Part shown: positions 24,721 to 37,674 of the stretch, piece after piece
Layout of the letters: each line of letters opens with the position of its first letter
How positions within the stretch are numbered: position 1 is the first letter of the stretch
Origin: Octopus sinensis
Lineage: Eukaryota
Length of the DNA stretch: 64,000 nt
Direction of reading: 5' to 3'
Assembly: GCF_006345805.1 (NCBI RefSeq)
Contig: NC_043005.1
Coordinates: 78,802,001 to 78,866,000, forward strand
Translations under genes and position numbers: made by a program
Notes under the pieces: model-generated
The model's input: only the letters and a program-made list of their open reading frames with translations
What the model was told of the DNA's origin: nothing
Databases searched by the model: none

Positions 24721-25995
24721 TTGGGTTGGTAACTAAGTTCCCGCCATTTTTTAAAATTAAAATTTTTTAAAAGGTTTAATAAAAAAAATAACAACTAATT
24801 AATCAATAATGTATTCACCCTTGTTGTTTACAACTTCTTTCCAACGTTCAACAAGATTTTCAGTACCTCGTTGGTAGAAATCACTCGATTTCGACACGAA
24901 AAATTGATTCAAGCAAGCTCTCAATTCTGCATCAGTATTGAACAAAACTCCGCGCAAAGCATTTGAAATAGATCGAAAGAGGTGGAAATCCGCTGGTGCC
25001 AAATCAGGAGAGTACGGTGGGTGTGGTAGCACTTCGTAGCCATGCGTTTGAATGGCTTCCTTGGTCATATTGGCGATATGAGGGCGGGCGCCGTCGTGCA
25101 GCAGTAGAACTCTATGCTGACGACTAGGTCTTTTCTCTTGAATAGCCGTGTTGAGTCGTTCCATCAACTGAACATAGAGTTCCGCGTGGACTGTTTGGTT
25201 CCGTTCTAGCAATTCGTAATCGATAAACCCTTCCCAGTCCCACCATACGCACAACATCGTTTTACGCGGATGAAGATCTTGTTTCACGCGCGGTGTCGCT
25301 TGCTTAACGGGACTAAGCCATTCTTTACGCTGCTTCATATTGATGTACATACACCATTTTTCGTCGCCAGTAACGATTCGGTAAAGAAATTGTTGCTTGT
25401 GTCCATGTGTTGAGCGGTGACTTGGAAGCAAACCAGCGGAGATTAGGGCTCGTTGTTGTTGTAACTTAAAGCATGCGGAACTCATGCTCCATACTTCTGA
25501 ACCTTTCCCATCGAGTGAAGATGCTTCTCTATAGCAGTGTGGGATCATTCCATTTTCTCTGCCAGTTCCCTTGTCATTTGACGAGAATTTTCGTGCAAAA
25601 GTTGTTTTAATCGCTCTTCATTGAACTCAACTTGACGACCAGAACGAGGTGCGTCTTTGAGGTCTTTGAATTTGGCATACCAATCACGAGGGGTTCTTTC
25701 AGCTATGGCACCGTCTCCATACACAGCACAAATATCGCGAGCAGCTTTTGCGACCTTATAACCTTGATTAAAAGCAAAAAGAAGGAGATGTCGAAAATGC
25801 TCGTTTTTCGTAACTTGACATTCTATTTTAATGATCTGAAAACAAACAAAAATTAACTAAAAGTAACTAGATAAAAAACAAAATAAATTCCAAAATGATT
25901 CAAAAATAGAAATCTCAAAAAAATAGATTCAAAAATTTAAATACGCGATAAATTCCAAAATTTTAGAAACTGTGGGAACTTAGTTGCCAACCCAA
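24721..25995 (-). mobile_element. Full-length (1275 bp) mariner transposon (Tc1/mariner, DD34D)
   Basis: TIRs TTGGGTTGGTAACTAAGTTCCCGCC and reverse complement of CTGTGGGAACTTAGTTGCCAACCCAA; TA TSD at 24719-20 and 25996-97. Confidence 0.97.
24799..25826 (-). pseudogene. Mariner transposase pseudogene
   Basis: VTGDEKW, LLHDGARPH, YSPDLAPAD with 34 residues between the 2nd and 3rd D; N-terminal HTH (NEHFRHLLLFAFNQG...APRSGR); apparent start codon reads ATA, in-frame TGA in the WVPHAL motif and upstream, one frameshift. Confidence 0.95.
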
Positions 25996-26056
25996 TAGAA
26001 TTCCATCGCATAATAGTATTTTAATTATTATCTTCAACCAATATTTTTCTTCATAA

Positions 26057-26275
26057 GGTGGCGAGCTGGCAAAAACGTTAGCACGTCGGGCGAAATGCTT
26101 AGCGTTATTTCGTCTGTTTTTACGCTTTAAGTTCAAATTCCACCGAGGTCGACTTTGCCTTTCATCCTTTCTGGGTTGACAAATTAAGTACCAGTTGCGT
26201 GCTGGGGTTGATCTAATTGACTACCCCCCTCACCTAATATTTCGGGCCTTATTCCTAGAGTAGAAAAGAATATGT
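26057..26275 (+). mobile_element. SINE family C
   Basis: AAGGTGGCGAGCTGGC head to CTAGAGTAGAAAAG tail. Confidence 0.85.
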
Positions 26276-26299
26276 CCTTAATATGATGCTTTCAAATGT

Positions 26300-26610
26300 T
26301 TGCACAGAACCAGCCGTATTTTTGGTTTAGAGTAAGTCGATTACATCGACCTCACTACTCAACTGGTACTTCCTTGATCGACCCCGAAAAAATAAAAGGC
26401 AAAGTCGACCTCGCCGGAATTTGAACGCAGAAAGTAGGCGTGCTGAAGATATCTATTTCTTTATTACCCACAGAGGGGACAAACAAGGACAGACAAACGG
26501 ATTAAGTCGATTATATCGACCCCAGTGCGTAACTGGTACGTATTTAATCGACCCCGAAAGGATGAATGGCAAAGTAAACCTCGGCGGAATTTGAACGCAG
26601 AACGTAAAAT
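26300..26610 (-). mobile_element. SINE family C, partially dimeric form, tail-to-tail with 26057-26275
   Basis: Same AAAGAAATAG junction at about 26450-26461. Confidence 0.8.
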
Positions 26611-26689
26611 TGTTGGCATACTCTAATTTTACGGAACTCTCTTAAGACTCTTTGGGGAAAGAAAAGGTTATTGAAAGGAGGGTGATTTC

Positions 26690-27560
26690 GAATGAGATCT
26701 AGCGGTGGGAAACTTCACGGTAAGATTCCCTTCTTCAAGCTACCTAAGTTGTTCTGCCATTCCATGGAATCTGTTGAGATAGATAATAGTGAATGGTGGC
26801 TAATGATGATGCGGAAAAGTTGGCGCACTAAAGCTAGTTTGGAAAAGTTTACATGGAGGCACAATAAGGTGTTCAAAATTCTCTATGTTCTGCCAAGAAG
26901 TAGATGGTAGCTATCAATGATGACAAGAAACTGTAGAAGAGTGGCAGTAAAAGGTTTATGTTTGTCCATCAAGATCAAGATGACTTCTCGAAACAGAAAA
27001 ATCTGAGTGACGAGAACTGGGACGAAATATGGGCGGTAGGAGCAGATTTTGTAGGATGTGAACGGATTTTTCCAATACTGAGAAGCCGGATGTGACAAGT
27101 TCGTGAGAGGAACAAAAGATACACCTTGTTGGATTAACTGCTTAGGAAAGACGAGCGATGTGAAGCGGTACTGGAAGACTACAAATGGTGATTGGAGTGC
27201 AGTTCACTTTCTTGTAGAAGTTGGAAGTTTGAATGTAGGGCTTTTATTGGGACCAGGCTGAGATAGTGACTGCTGTCAATTGGAATCGAACATCGGCAAG
27301 CAAAACCGATCTTAAAGGAGATCCAGGCTACAGTTGAGAAAGCTAGCCATTAGATATGACTGAAAAGAAAAGATGGAACGTGGTTGGAGAGGTTATGATA
27401 CTGAAACGGACTTGAGGTCGAATACTAATCAGTCGAAACAGTTGATGGGGCCTCACATCAGTGATCTGGGTTCGGTTAACTGTAAAGCCGTCAAGAGGAA
27501 GGCTTCGTGACGGTAAGCAATCTTTCCTGATGACTTCTGAAACATACTAGCATCAGGGAT
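26690..27560 (+). mobile_element. HERO-like RLE non-LTR retrotransposon 3' remnant
   Basis: Fragments KFTWRHNKVFKI, EKPDVT, LVEVGSL, ILKEIQATVEKASH*I* (HWIW decayed), then 3' UTR. Confidence 0.7.
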
Positions 27561-27623
27561 GCACTATTTTCCACTCACTGCACTTTTACTATAAACTTGT
27601 TGCCAATTCTCTTTTAAGCTAAA

Positions 27624-28012
27624 CTAGCAGTATCGCCCGGCGTTACTCGGGTTTGTTTCAACTCTTTAGAATTGGAACTTTTGAAAAGTAAAAATTTTGC
27701 ATTATGTAGCTTGTTATTCTCTTTAAGTGAACATTTTTCTGGTTGAAATACATCGAAAAATGGCGACAGAGCAGTCAAAAAATTGTAAAAGTAGGTATTT
27801 TCATAGAAAAAAAGCACCTTTTTGATGTAAATAAATTTTGGTGTTAACATCGTCCGATTTGAATTTTATCTTCTACAAAAGGAAGAGCAAGCCTTCTTCT
27901 ATCATACTTTCAATTTTGTTCAACTTGTGCCGCAGGGTCTCGGAGAAGATAGTGTTAGTTGAAGGCTACCAAACCTGTCATAGACAGACAACTTCAGCTT
28001 TATATATAGAGA
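27624..28012 (-). mobile_element. Non-autonomous Helitron-like element (389 bp)
   Basis: Minus strand starts TCTCTATATATAAAG; subterminal hairpin CCCGAGTAACGCCGGG; ends CTAG; inserted between A and T with no TSD. Confidence 0.85.
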
Positions 28013-28249
28013 TTTATCAGTCATGGTTCGAAAACTGACACCGGTACCCTTCAGTCCCTGTCTTTCTAATCGGTACCATACATCTGCCGTTTGTACAACT
28101 AGGAATCACTCCCAGAATTTATAAGAGCCATTCGGTAGAGAAGAATATGTTAGGTGTTCGAAAGCCAGCTTTTGCAGAGCAGCCGTTACAGACATTTCAC
28201 AACAGCTCTGCTGAGAATTCTTGCAAGTCAGCATTAGTATCTACGACGA

Positions 28250-28456
28250 AGACGATGACGACGACGACGACGACCACCACCACCACCACCAATACCATCA
28301 TCCACCACCACCACCACCACGACTATCCCTATCATCATATCAACGCCACCATCCACTACCACTACAACTGTTAGAGACACTCCACCAACACCGCCGTCGC
28401 CACTACCAAACCGCTGTCACCACCAATGCTAAACCTACCATCACCACACCCACCAT

Positions 28457-28487
<31 letters not shown>

Positions 28488-29267
28488 GCTACTGTGAGCA
28501 TCGTCATCAACATCCATCACTACAAGTTTTAGTACTATTACCGCAACAACCAGTACCACCGTCGCTCTCGCTGCCGCTGCCGCCGCCACTGCCGCCGTGA
28601 ATGCCATCGCTGTCACCGCTACCATTTCCACCACCTCCGCCGCCGCTGCCACCGCCGCCTACTCCTCTTCCGCCGCTGCCACCGCCGCCTACTCCTCTTC
28701 CGCCGCCTACTCCTCTTCCGCCGCCGCCTACTCCGCTTCATCCACCGCCGCCTCTGCTGTCGTCTCCGCTGCCGCCGACACTTTCGCCGATGCCGCCATT
28801 GTGCCTACGACAACACCTTCCACCGCAACCATATTCCACCATCATCGTCACTATCAATACTAGCACTACCACCACTACCACCAATACCATCAATACCACT
28901 ACCTCTACAACCACCACCACCACCTTAGCAAAAACCACTACCGCCAAAACCACAACCATCATTCACTACCTCCACTTCTAGCAACACTACTACTGCTGTC
29001 AGATCTACCACCACCACCACCACCACCGAAACGCAAAAACCACCGCCACCACCACCACCGCTATCACCACTATCACTACCAACAACAAACACAACAACAA
29101 CGCCAGAGCACCAGCACCAGCACCAGCACCACCACTAACAACAACAATAAAACCACCAATAAAACGCAAAAACCACCACCGCCACCACTATCACCACCAC
29201 CACCAACAACAACAACAACGCCACAGCCACCACCGCCACCAGCAACATCAGCAGCAGCAACACCACC

Positions 29268-29317
<50 letters not shown>

Positions 29318-29453
29318 AACCACCAACACCACCACCAAAAACGCAAAAACCACCGCCGCCACCACTATCACCACCACCACCAACAACAACAACAACGCCA
29401 CAGCCACCACCGCCACCAGCAACATCAGCAGCAGCAACACCACCACCACCACC

Positions 29454-29485
<32 letters not shown>

Positions 29486-29590
29486 CAAAACCACCAACAC
29501 CACAACCAAAAACGCAAAAAGCACCACCGCCGCCACCACTATCACCACCATCACCACTCCCATCGCCGCCGCCACCACCACCACCTCCAT
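28250..29590. repeat. GC-rich trinucleotide low-complexity tract with about 130-180-bp higher-order units
   Basis: AAACGCAAAAA(C/G)CACC marks units at about 29030, 29161, 29338 and 29510; CTACTCCTCTTCCGCCGC repeats at 28660-28730. Confidence 0.85.
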
Positions 29591-30298
29591 AAATACATTA
29601 ACGGCAATGTTCGATTAGTTACTTTCCCTCTTCCCTTGCTTGTGCGGCTCCTTCGCTCTCCTAAGTTAATTTCCTCCAGATTATTATTTAGATTTCTATA
29701 ATGTCCCCTTTTACAAAGTGGGCCATAATGGGGTCAAATGATGCAACGCCTGTACAGACCAAGTCATTGCATTGACTCATTCCTCTTAATGAACAAATAC
29801 ACGTTCAATAAACGCATTAAACTGTTATCCGTACGACTGATTGATATGGAAAAACAATAGCCAAACGTACCACAGTTATTTATCAATTTATATTGACGCT
29901 TCGTTGAGCCAGTTAAATTATATAAGCAGCAACCTTCTTCATTTCATCACGCTCTTTCGACAGTTCTGTCTGCTTGTCTGACCGACTGTCTGTCACTCTT
30001 TTGCTCTCTCTCTCCCTTTCCACACACACTCACGCACACATATAGACATAATCCAGAATGGAAAGTTGAAATCCTTATTCTTACGCTTTATATATATATA
30101 TATGTATAGATATGCATATAAATATGTGTGTGTGTATACATATATATACGCAAAAGAAGGAGGGTTTAACGTTTTGAGCGGAGCTCTTCGTTGGAAACAT
30201 AGAAGGAAAGATCCAGAGCAGGGAAGACAGATGAAAAAAAATCGCCAACGGTACACACGCGATCACATTTTGAATATATATATATATATATATATATA

Positions 30299-30330
<32 letters not shown>

Positions 30331-30404
30331 TTATGTACATATATATATATATGCTAGCAGAGGTACCCTTGGCCCTCCTTGGGATTAAAATGGCATAGTT
30401 TTTT

Positions 30405-30790
30405 TTATTGGTCTACTAGTTTCAGTCATGTGACTATGGGCAAGCTGGAGCACCGCCCTTAGTGGAACACATCGACCACAGGATGTATTCTTTGTAAGCT
30501 ACGTATCCATTCTATCGATGTCTTTCGCCGAGCCGCTATGTTATGGGAACGTAAAGATAGCAATATCGGTTGTCAAACGATGCTGGGGGTGCAAACAGAC
30601 ACACATCAACATTCACACACATAATATATATATATAGGACATACTTCGTTCAGTTTCCGTCAACCAAATCCACTGACATGGCTGTGGTCGACCCAATGCT
30701 ATAGTAGAAGACACTTGCTCAGGGACTGAAACCGGAACCATGTGGTTGGCTAGCAAGCTTCTTAGCACAAAGCCACCACGGGCCTATGCA
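30405..30790 (-). mobile_element. SINE family B
   Basis: Tail, central region and head all present. Confidence 0.8.
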
Positions 30791-30836
30791 CATGTACATA
30801 CATATATAATATATATAATATTATATATATATATTA

Positions 30837-30867
<31 letters not shown>

Positions 30868-30989
30868 CGTAAATTTACACATAAAAATAAAGACATATAT
30901 ACATATATACACACACTATATATATATACTATAAATACGCATATATACATTCATATATACATATATATATATACATATATATATTATAA

Positions 30990-31033
<44 letters not shown>

Positions 31034-31225
31034 GAATATGCATACATACACACACACACCACACATATATATATATATGCATAAATACATATATATATAC
31101 ACACACAAACATGTATATAAATATGTATTGAAAGTAATAGAAATAAAACTAATATTTATATAGATACATAATGAAAGAAATTGAAATTGAAACCATATAA
31201 TAGTGAAAGTATTAATAGCGATATC

Positions 31226-31402
31226 ATTGTTTCACTTTTGACGTATAATACTGAAATCGTGTAAGAGATAAGAGATTGCTCCGGGCTCGCATTAGGCAAA
31301 AAGTTGGGCCAAAATAATTTTCAACTTCTTGTCTAATGCGAGTCCAGAGTAATCTCTTATCTCTAACACTATTTCAGTATTATGTGTCAAAAGTGAAACA
31401 AT
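31226..31402. repeat. Imperfect inverted repeat, about 81-bp arms, 15-nt loop
   Basis: ATTGTTTCACTTTTGAC...GCTCGCATTAGGCAAAAAGTTG pairs with CAACTTCTTGTCTAATGCGAG...GTCAAAAGTGAAACAAT. Confidence 0.9.
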
Positions 31403-31468
31403 AACATATCTATTGTAAAGTGAGATAATACTTTCACCTTTAATAGGTTTCACTATCCACTTTCATTT

Positions 31469-31579
<111 letters not shown>

Positions 31580-31651
31580 TTCATTTTATTATTTTGACTA
31601 TGTATTTATATACTTGGTTGTATATGTATACACACACACATATTCATATAT

Positions 31652-31720
<69 letters not shown>

Positions 31721-31759
31721 TATGTATAATATATAATATATATATGACATACACACACA

Positions 31760-31925
31760 AATATATATATGATGGAATTTCTTTTCAATTTCCGTCTACC
31801 AAATCCACTCACGAGGCTTTGGTCTCCGAGGCACGAGCAAAAGACACTTGCTCAGGGTGCCACCCAGTGGAACTGAACCAGGAACCATGTGGTTGGGAAG
31901 CAAGCTTCTTATCACACAGCCACAA
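31760..31925 (-). mobile_element. SINE family B, 5' half
   Basis: CCGTCTACCAAATCCACTCAC...CACACAGCC. Confidence 0.8.
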
Positions 31926-32539
31926 TATATATATATATATCATATATCATATATTCTTCTTCCTATCTCGTCGCAGAATTCTTGGAATAATGGACAAAAT
32001 ATTTTGCCATGAATATTTACCTGTCTGCCTACCATGTTTTCAGGGCAGATAAAACAAGGAGCCTAATCGACAGATCAGTGTCAATATGCCTATCCTAAAA
32101 AGCATAGGGCTGAAAGAATGCAGGAACGTCAACTTACCCTTCGATCGAACGCTCATTTACATGTTTATATTCGACTTAGAAAGGAATATGAGTGTGGAGC
32201 GGGTGGAACTCTGGTTTGTCCCACTGTCAGTCACTCTCCCTCTCCCCTCTCTCCCTGTCTTTCCACCCAATGCATACATCGTGACCAAAACGTTTAGGAT
32301 GAACCCTAAGCATGCCCCTGTGAAATGGAGAAGAACAGTCGGGCGAGATCTCGTGATGTGGTGGTTCATTTGCAGGGGTTCCTTTATTGTTTCTTGTTTA
32401 AGGTTATCCAGTATCAGGAGGACTGCATGATAGGCGTATTCACTTGTTTACTTGCATGCATAATTTCATCGTTTTCACCCTCCTTTCTCTTTCTTTAGTC
32501 TTATCTATCAAGTAAAACCCAACATCACTCGTAAACTGT

Positions 32540-32700
32540 ACATGTAATGTCCCATTCATTTAATGCCGCGTGGCAAATAAATGAAATTATTATTTTTATT
32601 ATCATTATTGAGTGAGAGAGCAGTGCATGCCATCAAAGTGACACTGGGGTAAAATATAGGAAGCCCAGTATAACCATCATGACTACTCGTCTTAGGGTAC
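32540..32700 (+). mobile_element. Short interspersed repeat 3' fragment
   Basis: GAGTGAGAGAGCAGTGCATGCCATCAAAGTGACACTGGGG...CATCATGACTAC; repeat-like but family not assigned. Confidence 0.35.
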
Positions 32701-32720
32701 ACTAGGCACATGCATCACAA

Positions 32721-32760
<40 letters not shown>

Positions 32761-32761
<1 letters not shown>

Positions 32762-32880
32762 CACAGGCGTGGTTGTGTGGTAAAAAGCTTGTTTCCTAAC
32801 CTCATGTTTTCGAGTTCAGTCCCACTGCGTGACATCTTGGGCAACCATCTTCTACTATAGACTCGAGTCGACCGATATGT
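32761..32880 (+). mobile_element. SINE family B, 5' half
   Basis: GGCGTGGTTGTGTGGTAAAAAGCTTG head. Confidence 0.8.
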
Positions 32881-32920
32881 ATAGACATACATGCATACAT
32901 GCATACATACATACATACAT

Positions 32921-32974
<54 letters not shown>

Positions 32975-32975
<1 letters not shown>

Positions 32976-33420
32976 AATAATACAAAATAGGACAAGAACG
33001 CAAAACGTCCGGACAACGAAACATTCAGATAGACGATACAATAAAAACCCAAAAAACAAGGATAGGTCATTCGAAGTTTTCTATCTTCAGTCAAGAATTT
33101 CGGCTGATTATTCTTGAGATTGATCCAATCTAGCCAGCCCCAAGGAAAAAATAAGCTAAGTGCCTTAGATTCCTTGGAAGAAAGCATCGACTGTATACAA
33201 AAACAAGGAGGGAAAAACAGACAATGCTACACAAATATAAGTAAAATATAAAAATACAATTAAACAAGAACAGGACATAACAACAGGTGACTTTCGACTA
33301 AGGAGGAATTGAGTCAAGCTGGCGCGTGTGGAAATGAAATCTTACGGCAGAGATACAAAAGTTTCACAAACACAGGGAAGCACATCGATGTAGTACGGAC
33401 CACGGAGAGAGTTGTAGAAG
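32975..33420. repeat. Unassigned interspersed repeat (also at 47600-47720 and 48830-49340)
   Basis: Shared ACAAGAACG.AA...AACATTC.GA...GATAC, TCTTCAGTC.AGAA and CTAGATTCCTTGGAAGAAAGC blocks. Confidence 0.7.
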
Positions 33421-33805
33421 CAGATGAACAGAAAAATTAATGAACAAAAAAAAAATGATAGGGACATAGTGAAGTGAAAAGTGGAGGGAAAGTGACTAAG
33501 AAGAGAAGGCAAAAAAATGTGAGAGCGGGGGAAGGAAAGAACGAAGAGTGGAATGAACGAAAAAGCGTGAAAGGGTTATATATATATATATACAGAGATG
33601 CAGCACGAAGTTTTGTCATTAAGCAGGTCCCTGTTTCAAAGCGACGAAGATATTTTAACACAACTTAAATTTGAATGTTGAAGTGAATCTAACGATTTTT
33701 GTATGTTCTTAAATGGCTTACAAACGTCTTCCACGCTGCAATTGCTTTTGTCTCAGCACATGATCTTAGATCAAGTCACTTGCTTTGCAAGTACATCTCT
33801 GTAAT

Positions 33806-33842
<37 letters not shown>

Positions 33843-34065
33843 CTTTATTTTTCATTACTTTTCGAAATTGCCCCTAATAGTGGTTTGGAGTTTAACTACT
33901 CCATCTAGCGGGTCAGATGTCCTGCTAGGCCATCTCTTATTTGTTTAAATATACACTGTATTTTATATGAATAATGTATATAGTCTATTGACTAGTTTTT
34001 TTTTTGCTTCTCGCTAGACCACTGATCGCAAAGAAATTTTCTTAATTTTTTTGCTACTCTGGAAT

Positions 34066-34137
<72 letters not shown>

Positions 34138-34148
34138 ATCTATCTATT

Positions 34149-34897
<749 letters not shown>

Positions 34898-35257
34898 ATA
34901 CAGAGAAATCACATTAAGGGAAAGGAAAAAATTTTTAAGCGATTATCTCCCTTACACCGGAAGAAATCACCCACTACCTTCCCTTATTTAGAACTCTCCG
35001 GAGCATAAACACAAGGATAACTCTATAAACATAAACATAACGTCCACAAGAAATTTGAAAAGCTAAATGCGAAACCGGTCTTTCTTTAAAAATTATGTCA
35101 TTATAAAGGAAACATTTTTTTTTTTAATTTTCTAATATTCTTTAGACATATTGACGCAAATATATATATTTTTTAACATTTAAGCCTTCTGTCGTTTTTC
35201 ACTCTTTACTATTTCTTATATATATATATTATATATTATATATATATATATATAATA

Positions 35258-35455
35258 TTACTGCTGAAGGCCGGTTTATAGGGTTGCCCTGGGTTTCTAG
35301 ACATAAAGGGTAATTTTGGGGTGTATCTTCAGACGCTAAAACCTGTCGGCTTATGACCTCTTTAAAATATTTCAAAGATTCCATAGGCTAATAAGTCTTA
35401 AGGTCTGAAGATACACCATAAATGGTACCTTTTTATACCGACCTTCACCAGAAAT
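35258..35455. repeat. Degenerate inverted repeat containing a decayed hammerhead (35281-35334, minus)
   Basis: GGTGTATCTTCAGAC pairs with GTCTGAAGATACACC; minus strand reads gt CUGAAGA ua...cua GAAA cccaggg CA ac (U16.1 replaced by C). Confidence 0.55.
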
Positions 35456-36060
35456 ATATATATATATATATATACTCTCTTGTGTTTTTAATTATTTGAA
35501 TTCTTCTTTAGAAGGAGCGGATCTGTAACAAAGTTTCAAAGCTCCAACGTAGGCACGTAGTTAACAAAACAATGTCTCACTTTAAATTTGAGAAAAGTCA
35601 TGTATATCTTTACTGTTCCTCTTAGCGATTGTATTTGTAGCGCGTATCGTTATGGAGTCCACTTTGCAAACTAGATAATTCCCTCGTTGACTTATGTTCA
35701 CTCATCGGGCAAGCCAAAGTGTTGTGTGCGAATTTTGTAGCTAGAATATGTTACACGCACACAGCCAACCAGCCAGTCAGCCAGCCAGTCAGGCAGCCAG
35801 ACAGCCAGACAGATAGACAATAACAAACAATCAAACAGACAAACAGACAGACACACACACACCACACACAAAGAAACACACCAAGATGTAACAGCTTACT
35901 TAGAAAGGTAGCGATTCCTTGTTTTGGTGAAATGATTTTGAATAACATAGATAAATAAATAAATGGAGTTAAACACCGATGTTATTCAAATCGTTATACG
36001 ACATATGTTTCGAAGATATCATTGGTATTATTCCAGAAGAATGAGTTTTGTTTCTCCTTT

Positions 36061-36132
36061 TTTCCCTGATGAGAAGATTGCATTGTTTTCATCACTCTCT
36101 TCCAATATTTTCTTCGAAACATAATTCGGAAA
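36061..36132 (+). ncRNA. Type-I hammerhead-like motif, long helix II, damaged helix III
   Basis: uuucc CUGAUGA gaaga-[33 nt]-ucuuc GAAA cauaau UC ggaaa; the inverted arm (35998-36020) keeps the palindromic GAAA cauaug UC. Confidence 0.65.
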
Positions 36133-36169
36133 TATAATGATTTGCATAACGCTTGCTTTTAACCGCATT

Positions 36170-36720
36170 TATTTACACACACACACATACACACACACAT
36201 ATATATATACATCTACATAAATATATATATATATGTATGTATAATGTACCTATCCGACAGATAGGTACATTGGTGATATCAACAGACAAGCACGCATACA
36301 TACACACATACTTACGCAAATGAAGACTGAGACACATGACCATATATACACACACTTCACACAAGGACACATATAGAGGCACACATGCACACATACTGAG
36401 ATACACGTCCATACATACAGACACAGTACATAGTGACAAAAATCCATACACAGACACATTGAGTCATGCACACACAAGGAGACAGAGATATACACACACG
36501 CACACACAGAGGTAAACAAACACGCACATAAAAACACATAAACATGACCACATGAATATGCAGAATACATAAATACATATGTACACACATACCTACATAT
36601 ATACATACACACACACGCACACACACATACATGCGTACACACACTTACATACATGCATACATACATACATACATACATGTTTGTGAGCACACACACTGAC
36701 CAACTCACATGCGCACAAAC
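36170..36720. repeat. Cryptic (CA/TACA)n low-complexity tract
   Basis: Read directly from the sequence. Confidence 0.9.
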
Positions 36721-36983
36721 AAACAAACAAAAAGAACGCAGCTCGGATAACGGACAGAGTCAACGACTATTGAAAAGGCTTCAAGACGCAACGAAAATAT
36801 TACGAAAAATAAAGAAGTAAATGAGTGGAAACTTTACCAGTGAGTGTGTTAAATTATAAAGCACCAAAAGAGAATGACTCTCCCCAGACACGACAAAATA
36901 TGCTTCAACACACGAACACACGTAAAGAACCTTGGAAACAAAATCCGAAAACGAAATATACAATACATACATACATACTATAC

Positions 36984-37028
<45 letters not shown>

Positions 37029-37045
37029 TATTTATATATATGTGT

Positions 37046-37088
<43 letters not shown>

Positions 37089-37329
37089 CAGTGGTGTAAT
37101 TCCATGAATTTGGAGCTATGGACATCGAATCAATAGCTGTAGCTAACTGGTTTTGGTTACCGAGCCCTCGCCCCCAAGGGATGTGAAGAAATGTTAACCC
37201 TGGTGGGATTTGAACTCCGATCGCAAAGGGACGCAAACTAAATTCCGTAAGCATTTACATCTACGCGTTTAACGCCATCATGTTCCGAATATTCCTACAT
37301 GCGTACATGCGCGTTTGTATGTTTGGGTG

Positions 37330-37375
37330 TGTATATGTATATATATATATATATATATATAACACACACACGCAC

Positions 37376-37439
<64 letters not shown>

Positions 37440-37627
37440 ATACACATATGCATACATATGTTCCATGCATATATGTATGTGTGTGTGTATGTGTACGTAT
37501 ATAATATATATGTATATCTATAGGTAGACATATACATATGCGTATATAAAGATATATATGATATATACATACACATATTTATGTATTTTTTTATATGTTC
37601 ATATATATATATGTGCACCAGTACATA

Positions 37628-37674
<47 letters not shown>

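Noticed and set aside
24721-25995. Cargo gene such as Fanzor/TnpB inside the mariner
   Set aside because: The 1275 bp is fully accounted for by TIRs, UTRs and transposase, and no RuvC-like ORF is nearby
27520-27560. CTGATGA-cttct-GAAA as a hammerhead
   Set aside because: No helix II and no helix I; it forms a simple CCTGATG/CATCAGG hairpin in the LINE 3' UTR
29720-29960. CCATAATGG CArG-like, TGATGCAA and TATAAG promoter motifs
   Set aside because: The CArG core is one base short, and short motifs are expected by chance in AT-rich DNA with no gene attached
33060-33100. CTGAAGA...GAAT...(G/A)TC motif on the minus strand (also 48917-48950)
   Set aside because: GAAT instead of GAAA in both copies, and helices I and II do not pair
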